Source of the DNA: Trichosphaerium sp. ATCC 40318
Taxonomy: Eukaryota; Protista; Tubulinea
Assembly: GCA_038496445.1 (NCBI GenBank)
Contig: JALMLS010000577.1
Coordinates: forward strand, 1,178,001-1,242,000
Length of the DNA stretch: 64,000 bases
Reading direction: 5' to 3'
The notes under the pieces are model-generated. The model saw only the letters and a program-made list of their open reading frames with translations. It was not told the origin of the DNA and made no database searches. How positions within the stretch are numbered: the first letter of the stretch is position 1; each line of letters begins with the position of its first letter. Position numbers and translations under genes: made by a program. Of the stretch, positions 13,590-25,989 are shown piece by piece.

Positions 13590-13813
13590 ACAATTAAAAA
13601 TAAAAACAAATGCTGTAAATTTGTACTTGCATTGCATTGTATTTAAAGTAGTGTACGTGAGTAGAGCGAAGTAGTTGTAGCCGATTATAGGCTGGTAGAG
13701 AGTTTCTTACAAATTTAAACGGATTTTAAAAAGATTTTGCCCTTCAAATTTTTATCCGCTGTGTTGCCTTTGATCACGACCACCAATCGCCACCTTTCGG
13801 TAAAATCTTTATA

Positions 13814-16261
13814 ATGGCACAAAAAGGAACCAAAACACAACCTCCCTTGCAATTTTCATGTGCGTATGGATTTTTTTTTTGTTAGTGTAATCAAACTCCC
13901 ATCTAATGATCTCCAGACTTTAGCGGGTCTGCAGGCGTGATTGTTAGGCATGGGCCTCCAAAGGGGAAGGAAGAGAAAGAGTTAGGTGTACTGAAAGGTG
14001 CTGGAGTATGGGAATATAGTCCAAACGGCGCCTACATTGCGGGGTGTTTGGCTAGCTGCGTGAAAGTGTATGCTGCAAACGACTTTTCTTTAGTAGCCGA
14101 GATACCTGCTGTAAAAGCCAGTAAGGTGTATTTCTCACCTCGCAGCACTTACGTGTGCGTTTGGAATCGCTCACAGAAAAAGGTGAGTTATTCTGTTCCG
14201 TTACGCACTATACGCCTTCCATTGTAAACGTAGTAACATTACGTTCGGGTTTTTCAATTTTTGGTCGTGGTTGCGAAGATAACCCATACCACACTTTCAC
14301 TGTTGCTCGTTAGTTTCGTCTTTGTATTAATCGATGAGTAGGCTGACGGAAAACGCGATCCAAACTTCACTGTTTATGATATCAAAAATAAAAAGGTTAT
14401 GGCGAGTTGGACGGTACGGAGAAACGCACACTAACTTTTACTCTTTTGATGGGGTTTTGAAACCCTTCATTCGCAATTTCTTTCTTAAAAAAGACTACTA
14501 CGTCGTTACGCTTTTCTGACACTGTGTAAGGTTATTAATGTAAATAATTGGCCAAGTTTGCAATGGAGTAATGATGAGTCTATTGCTGTTCGTCTCATAA
14601 ATAGCGCACTTCTCATTTTTCACGGCAATGACTTGCACACATCAAAAGTCGAGATTAAAATGGACAAACTCAAATCATTCAGGATAGGCAAAGGCAAAAA
14701 AGATAAACGCATAGCTGCGTTCGTACCAGAATTCAAGGTAAGGCGCCTGTGACATTTTCAGTTCTTTTGATTGTTTGATTGTTTTTTTTTCTGAATATTG
14801 ATAAAATATTATCGTCTATTTTGTACATTTTCTATGCTTACCTTCTTCACAGTCGAACCCTGGTGTTGTAAAGATTTTTTGTGTTACTATAAAGGATGGT
14901 CAATGGGCTTGCAGAGAAGAAGCTAGTAAAACGTTTTTCAGGGCATCGTACGTTCTCAAATTGGTCTGGCTGGTTTTTTTTTTTTCAATAAACCCAATAT
15001 CAGTTATACTCAGCTTATTTTAACTCTAATGTAGAGATGTGAGTTACTACTGGAATAGCAAATCCACAAGTCTACTTGTACGCGCACAAACAGATGTTGA
15101 CGCTCAGGGACGGTCTTACTACGGAGAATCAAGGTTGTATTATCTTAGACCAAATCAACAAACCCCAGATATAAAAACTAGTATGCACCTAACCTTTCAA
15201 TTTTACCTCTTTATAATTATACTTTGCCTTTCCTAATACTGGACAGAGGGAGTGATTCATATGGTTGATTGGGAACCTAATGGTGATTTCTTCGCTGTGG
15301 CTCACGGAGGTTCGTGGTACCGTATTACTCCGTCTCTTATTTAACGTTTAGATATGCCTCATGTTAATGTCACTATCTACCACCGTAACGGATCTGTTAA
15401 TAAGCAAATAAAACTTAAAACAGCCAGAAATTACGTAAAATTCAGCCCTTGTGGTCGATTGCTTATTGTGGGCGCTTTTGGATCACTATCCGGTGATGTT
15501 GTACGTTCAGAGAATTTTTGAAGTTGATTTGAAGTACTTATTTGGTTTGAATAGAACATCTACGATTGGAAAGCCCCTAGACTTGTTGGATTTTTCAAGG
15601 CGTACTGTGCCAGCCATGTAGAGTGGAGTCCTGATTCCAAATTCATCATCGCTGCTGTTTTATCACCACGTATGCGTGTTGATAATGGTGTAAAAATATT
15701 TAAGCGTGATGGCACGCAAATATTAGAAATGCCTATTGAGAAGTTGTACAAGGTACACAAAATTTTTTTTTTCTGAAACTCGTACTTACATTATCATTTA
15801 AATAGGTCGGATGGAGGCCAGCAATCCCAGGTGTTTATCCAAAGGATGTACTTAACATGCCAACCAAAATGGCACCTGCTGCTAAGAAAGAGAGCGTCTA
15901 CAGACCTCCTAGTGCGAGAGCAGGCGCTTCCAGCATACCTGGCAGTCAGGCACGTTTTTTTTCTCCTTTTTTCAAAACTGTTGAAAATCTACTTTGTAAG
16001 TTGCTAATGTAAATGTAGCGTGCTCCTACCACTGGTGGACGTTTTATCCCAGGTTCATCCAGAAGTGTGCCTGGTAGCCAACGTAGTGTTCCAGGATCCC
16101 AACGCAGTGTTCCAGGTGCTCAGCGCTACATACCAGGTGCAACACCAGCTAGTGATCACAACACTATCAAAGTTAACACGTCTGTGAATACACATACGCA
16201 ACGTGGTGCTACAAGAGGTGGTCGTCGAGGGAGAGGAAGAGGTAGAGGTGGTAAACAGTGA
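13814..16261 (+). CDS. EIF2A: Eukaryotic translation initiation factor 2A (beta-propeller)
   Basis: Motifs FSPRSTY, QTDVDAQGRSYYGESRLY, GAFGSLSG, WSPDSKF, LSPRMRVDNGVKIF and YRPPSAR. Confidence 0.92.
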
Positions 16262-16484
16262 TACCTGTGCCTGAATAAATAATTCAAGAAAGTATTGATT
16301 GTTGTGTGCAAGCCTTTTCCGTTATAGTGTCAATAGCCTCCCATCCTACACTAGTAATGCATCAGATTAATTTTTTGATGGAAAATGGCGTAGCTGACTA
16401 AACCCGACCATTTACTGATTTTATTGGCATACCTTTTGGTTTGTAAAACAGGTCGTTGTAAGGTGGTATAACCAAAATTGCGGC

Positions 16485-18588
16485 ATGTTTCTTCGCGCTG
16501 CATCAGTAAATACGACTCGCTGTGCTTGTACAGAACGAAGGTGCGCATTTTTACGCTTCTTAGAGTGGTAATACGCCTATTGGACCTCATTATAGTCAAT
16601 AGCACTAAAACAGCCACTCGTGCCTACGTGAGTGAGTATGGCATTCAACCAGGCGAAAATTTCAAGCCTACGCAGTGGAGTAGAATCGCGAATGCCCCCA
16701 GAATCCATGCAGTGATTCCAGAGGGTAAAACAGACGATTTAGTCAAAAGGACGCAAGTAATAGTGAAACAACACTACAAGGAATGGCTTTCTCGTCAGGA
16801 TAACTTGGAAGAGCAACAGCAAAAAGTGCTTGGCGACATGTTTTGCAAAGTTTTGCCTGGGTACAAAGCGCATTGGTTTTGTTTGGCGTAACAGCGCCTT
16901 TAGATACGCTAATGGACCAGATGGCACTTTTAAACTCGACATGAGACTCACCAGGCCGTACTTTTATGAAAGAGACACTGTCATCAACTACATGGAACCA
17001 CAATTACGCAAAGAAAAACCAGATGTATCTGTACACGTTTATCGCGCACCGAAGGTACCGTCAGCCGCCATTCAGAAGAATTTTAACCATTTTAATTCAT
17101 TTTGCTAATTTATCGAATAGAAAGCAGGTAAAACAGCTGCTATGCTATTCCCTTCGCGTAACAATTTAATGATTTACATGTCATGCAAACCTGAGGACCA
17201 AGACGTACAACACAAGCACGTATTGGGCATGCTTCATGAAAAACTTTCATTGCCTACTGAACGCGCAGATCTTGTTCGTAATAGACGTATTGCAAGAAAT
17301 ATTTTCTTATGTGATGCTATTTCAAGAACAGCAGTGTTGAAGGTTTGTTACTTACATTTCATTTTTTTTGTCCCTTTAATTTCAAGAAATGTTTTACTCA
17401 TTTATGTCTATAGGGTTGGGTCCATGGTCAAGTGCGTATTATTCTTAAGTTTCAGTTATCTTTGTAATTGTTCTTTATGTACTCCTTTACGCATAGCTTG
17501 CGCTGAGGGCATTGAACGACATTTTTGTTTAAACAGTGTTGGAAAAAAGTTGAAGAGTTGACGCTATTTTTTAGACACCTGATGTAAGAGAACAATACTG
17601 GATAAAGTACTTTTTATCTGCTAGTACAGATATTTCATTACCAGTGTTCAAAGAGCTTCTTGATGAATATGATGTCACAAATAAGGATACAAGAAAGACT
17701 TTGCTTGAAGAACTAAATATTGTTATTGGCGGTACATACTCCCGTTTTTTTTGTTTGTCTTATTCTGTTAGGTACCGAAAAGTTATCATTGAGGAGAGCT
17801 TTACGTAAACCTCTTACTGTTATTACTGCGATTGATGACTTGGATATGGGAGCTGATAGGTTTAATGATATGCTCGTATCGAATGCATTTTTGGAAGGAG
17901 GGAAGGAATTAGGTATGGCACGTGATGAAAACAGACGAGGTAAGACATGAAAAAGGTTTTATATTCTGGGTTTCTAAATTCCTACCAGGATATGTCTATC
18001 CTATGATTGAGGCATGGAAAACAACGCCTATATTGGCTGGTTGTGAGAGTATTCCACTAGTACACTTGAATGATGTTGGTACGATCTTTTGAATGCTTTG
18101 TTTGTGTTTCTTTATTTTATTTTTTGTTGTTGCTGTTTTTCCTTTTATTTACCTTTTATTTAGCTCCAGGAAAACGAACAGTCCGCCCTGTGATCAAGTA
18201 CAAAGTTCTATTATAAAACCATACTTACATCTCACCCTTTAGCCCAAAGAAGACACGAACTTTACCGTTTTTTTACGAAGGAGATACAGCTCAAGCTCTC
18301 AAGCAATATCTAAACTGGGATAAATTACCAGAGCATTATCTTGCCTCTGCCGGTGCAGCTCTTAGTGGAGAACTTGCACATGTGTATAGGTTTATTCAGG
18401 CCGTTTATGAAACAAAGGCAGCTGAGGTACGTCCTTTACTTATGGTTGTAATCGAGTTCTGTTGTTTTTTTCTCATTTTTCTCATTCTTCTTTTTTTTTT
18501 GTTAACTGTTTGTTTTTAGCCTTCTGCTTCAGATGAAAAAGTTGTCGCTGGTGTTTTAAAAAAACATGGTATAGATATAAGCGTTTAA
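16485..18588 (+). CDS. Divergent P-loop NTPase-like protein with a putative mitochondrial presequence
   Basis: The spliced model gives VHVYRAPK|KAGKT (Walker A-like) and VITAIDD (Walker B-like). N-terminus is MFLRAASVNTTR...TRAY. Stop TAA at 18586-18588. Confidence 0.55.
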
Positions 18589-18752
18589 TTTGGGAAGTAT
18601 TTCTAAAAAACCAGACACTTGTACCTTAATCCAATAAACAACTCAACAATTTATGTAAACTGTCCCTTATTGTCACGTCCTCATTTTTTATAATCAATGT
18701 CGTGAAATGTCCCAATCCTATTTACTCTTTGGAACCTCTTTTTGGCTCTTTA

Positions 18753-18958
18753 CTTGAACTAGAGTAGCCGTTGCACTATCAACCGGGAAATTGCGAAACA
18801 CATTTCTGCTAAATGGGGAATATTATTTCCCAGCTTATTTACCCTTAGAACTTCATTGTTATAGCGCTGTCCTTGAACCAGAGGAGCCCTTTCACTCTCA
18901 CACAACCGGGAAATTACGAAACACATTTCTGCTAAACGGGAATTATTATTTCCCAGCT
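18753..18958. repeat. Imperfect direct repeat, two ~85-bp copies (18753-18835, 18872-18958)
   Basis: Shared core caaccgggaaatt(g/a)cgaaacacatttctgctaaa...tattatttcccagct is visible twice. Confidence 0.9.
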
Positions 18959-19106
18959 ATATCCTCTAGTACATAAACTTTGCTAGTATTATATCACGTG
19001 ATATTACATATGTTTGCTGAATGTGTACATCTCGAATGCTCTCGCTAAGTGCTGTGAATATCATAATAAATTAAGTGGATCACATATATAACAACGACTT
19101 GTTGAC

Positions 19107-20668
19107 ATGATTGTTGAAATAATTCTCTCACTTGTAGTTGTGGCTATTGCAGCCACATGTGTAAAAAACTGGTCTAGAAAAAGAAGAAACCTTCCTCCTG
19201 GTCCTTTATCACTACCGATAATAGGTGACTTGCATTTATTTGGTGATCCGGGACAATTTAGTAACTGTATAATCTCAATGGCTAAACAGTACGACGGAAT
19301 CTTCAGTCTAGATATGGGGAATCGTACAGCAATATTTTTAAGTACTCTACCACTCATCAAAGAAGCGTTTGTGAAGAAAAACAAAACGTTCTCCAATAGA
19401 CCTAAAACACTTATTCCTGTCGAACTTGGATGGTACAATACATTGTTTACTTGTTGGTTATTTATAGTACCTATGTTGCCAAAAATACATAAAGAGTTGT
19501 TCGCTTTCACTTTAATAAAACTCAACTAAAAAACCCCACAACTTTCCGTCTTTCGTATCAACCCTGACTGAATCAATTTAGGGGAAAAGATCCAACTGGT
19601 GGTACATTATTTGCAAATGGAGAGCACCATAAAGCAGCCCGTTTGATTTGGAGTACTCACGTGATTAACCATCAAAACATGAACAAGGCAGTGAACATTC
19701 ATATAGAACAAGTACAAAGGAGCTACAAGCACCTAGTCAAACTCGCTGAGAATAAATCAATAATTGGTGCTGAATCAATATCATCAACTGTAGCTTTTGA
19801 CTCAATTTCTCAACTCCTGTTTGGTCAAAATGGCTTTGGTATGGACAACGACATTGGAGGATTGTTTCACACGCAAGAAGAAGCAATGAAAGAAGTTAAC
19901 AGACCATTCCTTGGAGATTATATTCCAATGCTTCGTTTCTTGCAGAAGGACCGAGAAAAGAAATACCTAGAAAACTGTGACAGGCGCGATAAATGCCTCA
20001 GTAATATCTTTGAATCAAGAAAACCAAGTGACAACAACATTGTTGATGTGATACTCAAACATGTTCCTTCGAAACCAAGAGCAATGTCAATCGTTCAAGA
20101 GATACTCACAGGAGGGTTTGATAGTGTAGCCCAGACGCTACAAACAGCTTTAACTGCTCTCGCGAAGAACCAAAACGTTCAAGAGAAGCTATACCAAGCA
20201 CTCAAGGATCACGATGTTATGTCGTGCGATATTTCTGAGCTGAAGAATATCAATTATTTGACTTGGGTCATTCAAGAAACCTTCAGATATCGAGCAACAG
20301 CACCTATTTACGTCCAACACGAAGCTTCTGAAGATAGCGAAATAGGAGGTTACTTTGTGCCTAAAGGAGCGCTTATTATTGGACTACATGGATGTGTCAC
20401 ATCGTCGAAAAAACGTTTTGGAGATCCTGAAGTATTCAGACCAGAAAGATGGGAGAAAGAACAAAAATACGATATTGCTCCTTTAAGTTTAGGTCCTCGC
20501 ACGTGTCCTGGAAAGAAAATTGCAATGGTATTGCTGTATCGTCTCTTTGCAACGTATTTTGGAAAGCTAAAGTGGAGTGAAACTGAAGTTTCAAATGATG
20601 AGTCAACGCATTTTTGTGCTGTTAACAAGTACATTATAGAGCCACAGTTCTATGTCACCCTACGCTAA
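19107..20668 (+). CDS. Cytochrome P450, one intron
   Basis: N-terminal anchor plus LPPGPLSLPIIGDL, I-helix GGFDS, K-helix ETFR, FRPERW and heme motif LSLGPRTCPG. Confidence 0.96.
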
Positions 20669-21021
20669 TGGGTGTGGATAATTGTAGACGCTGCAAACAT
20701 AACCGTAGAGTTGTAGCTTATTATTAAGTGTACAAAAAGAGTTTAGCAACTTCTGTTTCATTATTGGATTTATTTTCCAGTGGCCTTCTTCGCCCAAAAC
20801 CTAACCTCTCCTCTAGTGTACCATCAAGACAGAAGTGCATTCGGTAGAAGCTGGCTACACTTCTGACTGATTAGTAGCTCTTACTCTTTGAATCTACAGT
20901 TTTAAGCAATATTTAATGCCACGTGACACTGACTTGCGGCTACGCAGAAGCACTTCCTGTGCACAAAAAAAAGCAGAAGTGCTTCTTTATTTAGCATACC
21001 CATCAAGGAAAACGTATTCTC

Positions 21022-24000
21022 ATGAGCGCATTGAACTTTCTCAGCGAGATATCTGTTACTGGTAAATTCTCTGGGGTATCAGGCAAACAACGCAATAAAT
21101 TAAACGTTTGTCAGATTGTTTTAACTAACAGCAGGCAACGTAACACTACGACAAGTTTACCACAACGATAGTGATCATCCAGTTGAATGCGCTTTTGTAT
21201 TCCCAAAATCGGCTAAAGCCATCATTACAGGCGTAGTGGTTAAAGTAGGAGATAAAGAGTTTCAAGGCAAGTAATTGTTTAACGAATTCTGTCACGAGAA
21301 GTTCTGATTTTCTGGTTTTTGATTAGCAAAGATCTCCTCCAAACTTGATGGCATAGAGATGTATGATGATGCAATAGCTGAAGGAAATACACCGTGTATG
21401 GTTGAGCAACGCCAAGAAGACGTTGTGAAGCTGTCAGTAGGTATTATATTCTTTCGACAATTTAGAAAAATATCGTTACCATTCAATAGGTAACCTTGCT
21501 CCTGGTGCTTCTGCAATAGTAGAAATGTTTATGGTTGTGGAGGCCTCATATGACATGGACAATAGATTACGGATTTCCACTCCCCTAACTCTACGTCCTC
21601 GTTTTCTTACCGGACATGCTACAGGTCAGCAAAATGTCATGTTTTTTATTGTTTAAAGTGTCCTCTTACCAACAACAATAGGTTCTGTGACCAACGATGT
21701 TTCTTTCAAAAATGATTCGCCGTATGCCTATGATTTAGAATATAGTATATCAATGCCTATGCCAATCATGGCTATCACCTCACCCTCCCATGATATACAA
21801 GGTCTTTTTTTTTGAAAGACATCTTTTTTTTTTTAATTCTATTGAAGTTGCATGGGATAATGGTGTAGCTATTGTCACTGCAGTACCTAGTGCATCACAA
21901 AACTGGCAGGATTTCGATATTGTGGTAGATACAGAACCTAGCACATCACCTAGAGTTGTATGTGAGACAAACGAAGAAGGGACACGTGCAGTACGTGTTA
22001 TACAAATAAACTGTTTTTACTTACAAAGAATGGATTAGGTGCACGTGACTTGCTTCCCTTCATTTAAAAATAAGCCGCAATGTGTTAAACGTGAATTCAT
22101 ATTCTTACTTGATAGAAGCGGGAGTATGTCAGGATCAAGGTAATGTTACGTTGCCATTCGTACACTAACAATAGATATTAGAATATCTCATGCAAAGTCT
22201 GCGCTACAGCTTTTTTTGAGAAGTATACCGGTTGACTGTATGTTCAACATCATTAGTTTTGGTAGTAGCCACGTGAGTTTATTCCCAAAAAGTATGGAGT
22301 ACTCAAATGAGACCCTCAAAAAGGCATCATCATCCGTTAATTCCATGGGCGCTGATCTAGGTACATATGTTGTCACATGTACCCTAACAACGTAAGGTGG
22401 TACTAATATCCTTGAACCTCTCAAATTTGCTCTGGAAACCTCTTATAGTGACTATCAAAAGACTGTTTTTCTTCTTACGGATGGGGAGGTAGATAATACA
22501 CAGCATATCATTGAAGTTGTTCGTAGTAATTCACAACATGCCATAGTTTTTTCAAGTGCGTGATATTGAAAATATGGTTGTGACTAACTTACCATAGTTG
22601 GTGTTGGGTTATGTGCTTCAACTGCTCTAGTTGATGGTATTGCTGAAGCTGGTGGCGGAACTGCAGTTTATGTCAAACGTAGTGAGGACATTGCTCCCCA
22701 GATTATAGGTCAGGTACGTATACTAAGTACAATTTTAGCTCAACTTCCTTACTGTTTTTCAGCTGAAGACACTTCACCGACAACTCAAGATAACCTGGAG
22801 AGGAGTACATACTCAGAGCTTTCCTCAAGATGGTAGTAATATTGTTTTTAATGACGACAGTAGTGTATCTGTAATGGCTATAATTGGTGAAGAAAAATTA
22901 AGGTATCACAAATGTATCATACATAAACTCTACTTTTTGTGCTAACTATAATTTAGTTCTGCCGAGCTGATACTCCTAAGTGAGGATGAAGAATATAGCG
23001 TAAATCTTGCAAGTGCTTTGTACACTCACGGCAACGCCTTACACCAAATATGCGCTAGTAAGTTGTTAAAATATAAAACCAAGGAAGACGCTTTGGCTAT
23101 GGCTGTACATTACTCTCTATTAACAAATGACACGTGTTTTGTTGCAATCGAAACAAAGAAGGAAAGTGTTTTGGGAGCAATGAAAAAAATAGATATTCCG
23201 TTGCCAATAGTACAAGAGAAGAATGTTAATACTTACAACTACACCCCACCGACTCAGTACTCATCTGTTACACCTGCTAGCACCACTCCCGTTCTGCAAT
23301 CACAGCTTCCCAAGCTTAAAAAACTACCAAAGGGAGCTCCCGGCGCCAGTGCGTTTGAGTACATCTATTTATTCCTAACTCCATACTATAGAGGTGCTTC
23401 ATTCAGGAGCAAATAACTATGCCCGGCGATACAAGGTACAACATGATCGTGTTAATGTACTTGTTAACTTGTGCAAGGCTACAATTGGAGCTGATTTCTT
23501 AGCAAAGGAATCCACTCTTAGTGATGGATCAACTATTTCAACACAATTATGGGTACTTCTTGTGATGTATGTATGCTTTTCCTTAAATAGTGTAGGATAC
23601 ACCTGGAGTAGAAAGATTTCATGGTCTGGGACAGTCAACCTTTAGGGGAGTAGACTTATTTGTTGTAATATACTCTATTGTTGATAGACTATCCTTTAAG
23701 AACATAGAAGGCTGGATTGATACTGCTTGTTATGATTCACCTAGAGCAGTTTTTATGCTACTTGGAAACAAGGTAAACACTCCTTTCAAAATCCTGTTTA
23801 TACTCATAAGTGCAGTTGGACTTAGAAGATAAGAGGGTTGTATCCACCTCTGAAGGTGAGGCCATTGCTTCACGACATGATATGTATTTCGCAGAAGTTT
23901 CTGCAAAAACCCTTGATGGTTTGGAGGAAGCAGTGCGTGTCATGTATCAAGGTACACTTAGATATTTCCAAGATTTTGTTGATTTGTTCATAGACGCCTA

Positions 24001-24798
24001 CAGATCTTCTTTAAACAACAAATACTTTTCTGGCTGCAACAGAACGAAAAGTAAGTAGTATTTTTTTAAACCAGCTTTGTTGACATACTCTAGTCGTCAT
24101 GTTAGGTGACGCCAACGTCGGGAAATCAGCACTTGAAAGGCAATTTTCTGGGTTCACTGTTGACTTGGCAGAATATGTTGACTATTTGAAACAAAACGGG
24201 TATGAGGGTCCCAGGGATTCTGCGGAAAACGACAATCAACAAAAAAATAACCCTGGTTTTTTCTCTCGCATGTTCTCCAGTCTGTTCAGGACACGAAGTT
24301 CTGAAAAACCAAAAACGCGTAAGATTATAAATGTAAATAGTTGGTTGACCTTGAGTAGCGGTGAAGCCAATAACCCACGTGCCAACACATACACAAAAAA
24401 CAACGACAAGAATCCACAGCGCAGAGCCTCCATCACTTATCGAATCAAGTGCTTCAACCAAAAACTTGATGGACATTGTTGTGCTTCAAAGGGCAAACGG
24501 AACTTGGATTCTTTCGCATGAATTTGCTACAGCATTGGGTCGTACACTAGAGGACATAAAGGCGGGTAGACCACAAAAGGTGACTTATATTTGTGTTTGT
24601 TTTGAGGATACTAAAAGGTTGTTATAGCCATCAGTTGATGATAGCACCTGGGCTACCATGCTAGCTGTGGAATACTTAGAAGCCATTCCGTCAAGAAAAG
24701 ACGAATGGTTTCTAGTTGTCACTAAAGCTAAGGAGCAATTGAAAAATGTTGAGCCATCGTTGCTTATGCAAGCAAAACAATTTTGTAGCACAGATTGA
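21022..24798 (+). CDS. VIT-vWA (VWA5A-like) protein with an embedded Rab-like GTPase domain
   Basis: VIT (VTLRQVYHND...VECAFVFP), vWA MIDAS (FLLDRSGSM...LLTDGEV), Rab motifs YKATIGADF/WDTPG/GNKLD/EVSAK/GDANVGKS, and the VWA5A C-terminal domain (LQRANGTW...WATMLAV...EWFLVVTKA). Confidence 0.88.
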
Positions 24799-25053
24799 TT
24801 AGTGTACTTTAGCTGTAAATGTATTGACTCTGATTCGAGTTTGAGATTAATATTATATTGTCTTACTATGTACCACTACAGATATTCTATGAGCTCCACA
24901 AGAACCTTAAAACTACATCTACGTAAGATAAGGGAGACTATCATGGCCATGTGTTTCCAAGCGTTAAAATAACAAAAGTGTCCCTTGGATTATCAAAGCA
25001 CTCTTTGGTGACTATGGTTTATTGTAGGACTTCACATTGCTTTCTTGTTTGTT

Positions 25054-25873
25054 TCAACCTGGCGCAGAGAACACTATATTGTGATGTACTATGAGTAAGC
25101 GTGTTATGTTAATTAAGCTTTCGTAATGGAGCAACTTCGGTTGTGTATAATCAGGGCACCGAAAGAGAATTGGTGCAAAGACTGTTGCCAAATTTCCAGA
25201 ATGTCTCAACTGACTACATTACGTTAGTTTCTGTGCGTTGATTAAAACGCACAGGCTTAACTCCACCAAGTACTCAGTCAAGCATTCAAGTATTCTATAA
25301 TTTACATTAGGTAACGTGTGTATTGTTGCTTTCAGTTCCACTAGTGCATCGTCATTGTTACTAAAATTGCCAATCAACACAAATTTATCATACATCTTAA
25401 AGGTGGTAATTGAGTCCTTTCCGTTTGTTAGAGCACATACAACAAGTTCTGCTTACAGGCAAAGTTCGAAAATATACTTTAAGTAGCAATGTTACATTGT
25501 GAATGTTTGCACTGGGCTCCAAGTTTTTTAATGCATCCACTTCACCTAGAGTTAGTGTGAATCAATTTTTAAGAAGTTCGAACTACCATTGTTGTATCTA
25601 TGTACTAGCTGGTTTACAACCTCCATGTCCCCTGATACGCGAAAGAGGCCACGTGGGCATACATCAGCACCTAATCCGTTAGATCAATAATATATTGAAG
25701 GTAGACCTTACCATACGTTTTGAGGAACTCAATACACTGGCTTACTGGCAAAAACATTAGATTAGAATAATATTCTAACGAACAACTGCACCAACTCTAG
25801 GTATCCTGTTTGTGTGTGGGCGTGGAGTCACACGAAATACCCCTGGTGCGGTTCTCGTTTCCTGATGGCTCAT
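25054..25873 (-). CDS. Small RhoGAP domain protein
   Basis: Arginine finger GLFRVSG, plus LLKVYFRTLP and NLATVFAPILF. Confidence 0.85.
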
Positions 25874-25989
25874 AGTGCAAAGAAGCTAAAAACCCAAATG
25901 GACTCTCAGTAGTTTACCTGTAGTTGATTCATCAAACTGTTATTTAGAGTCAAAAAAAGTAGGACAAGTTTGGTGGATTGTATATTTTT

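Noticed and set aside
20100-20520. P450 motif deviations (GGFDS, LSLGPRTCPG)
   Set aside because: These are conservative substitutions, with the heme Cys and ExxR intact, and within normal P450 variation.
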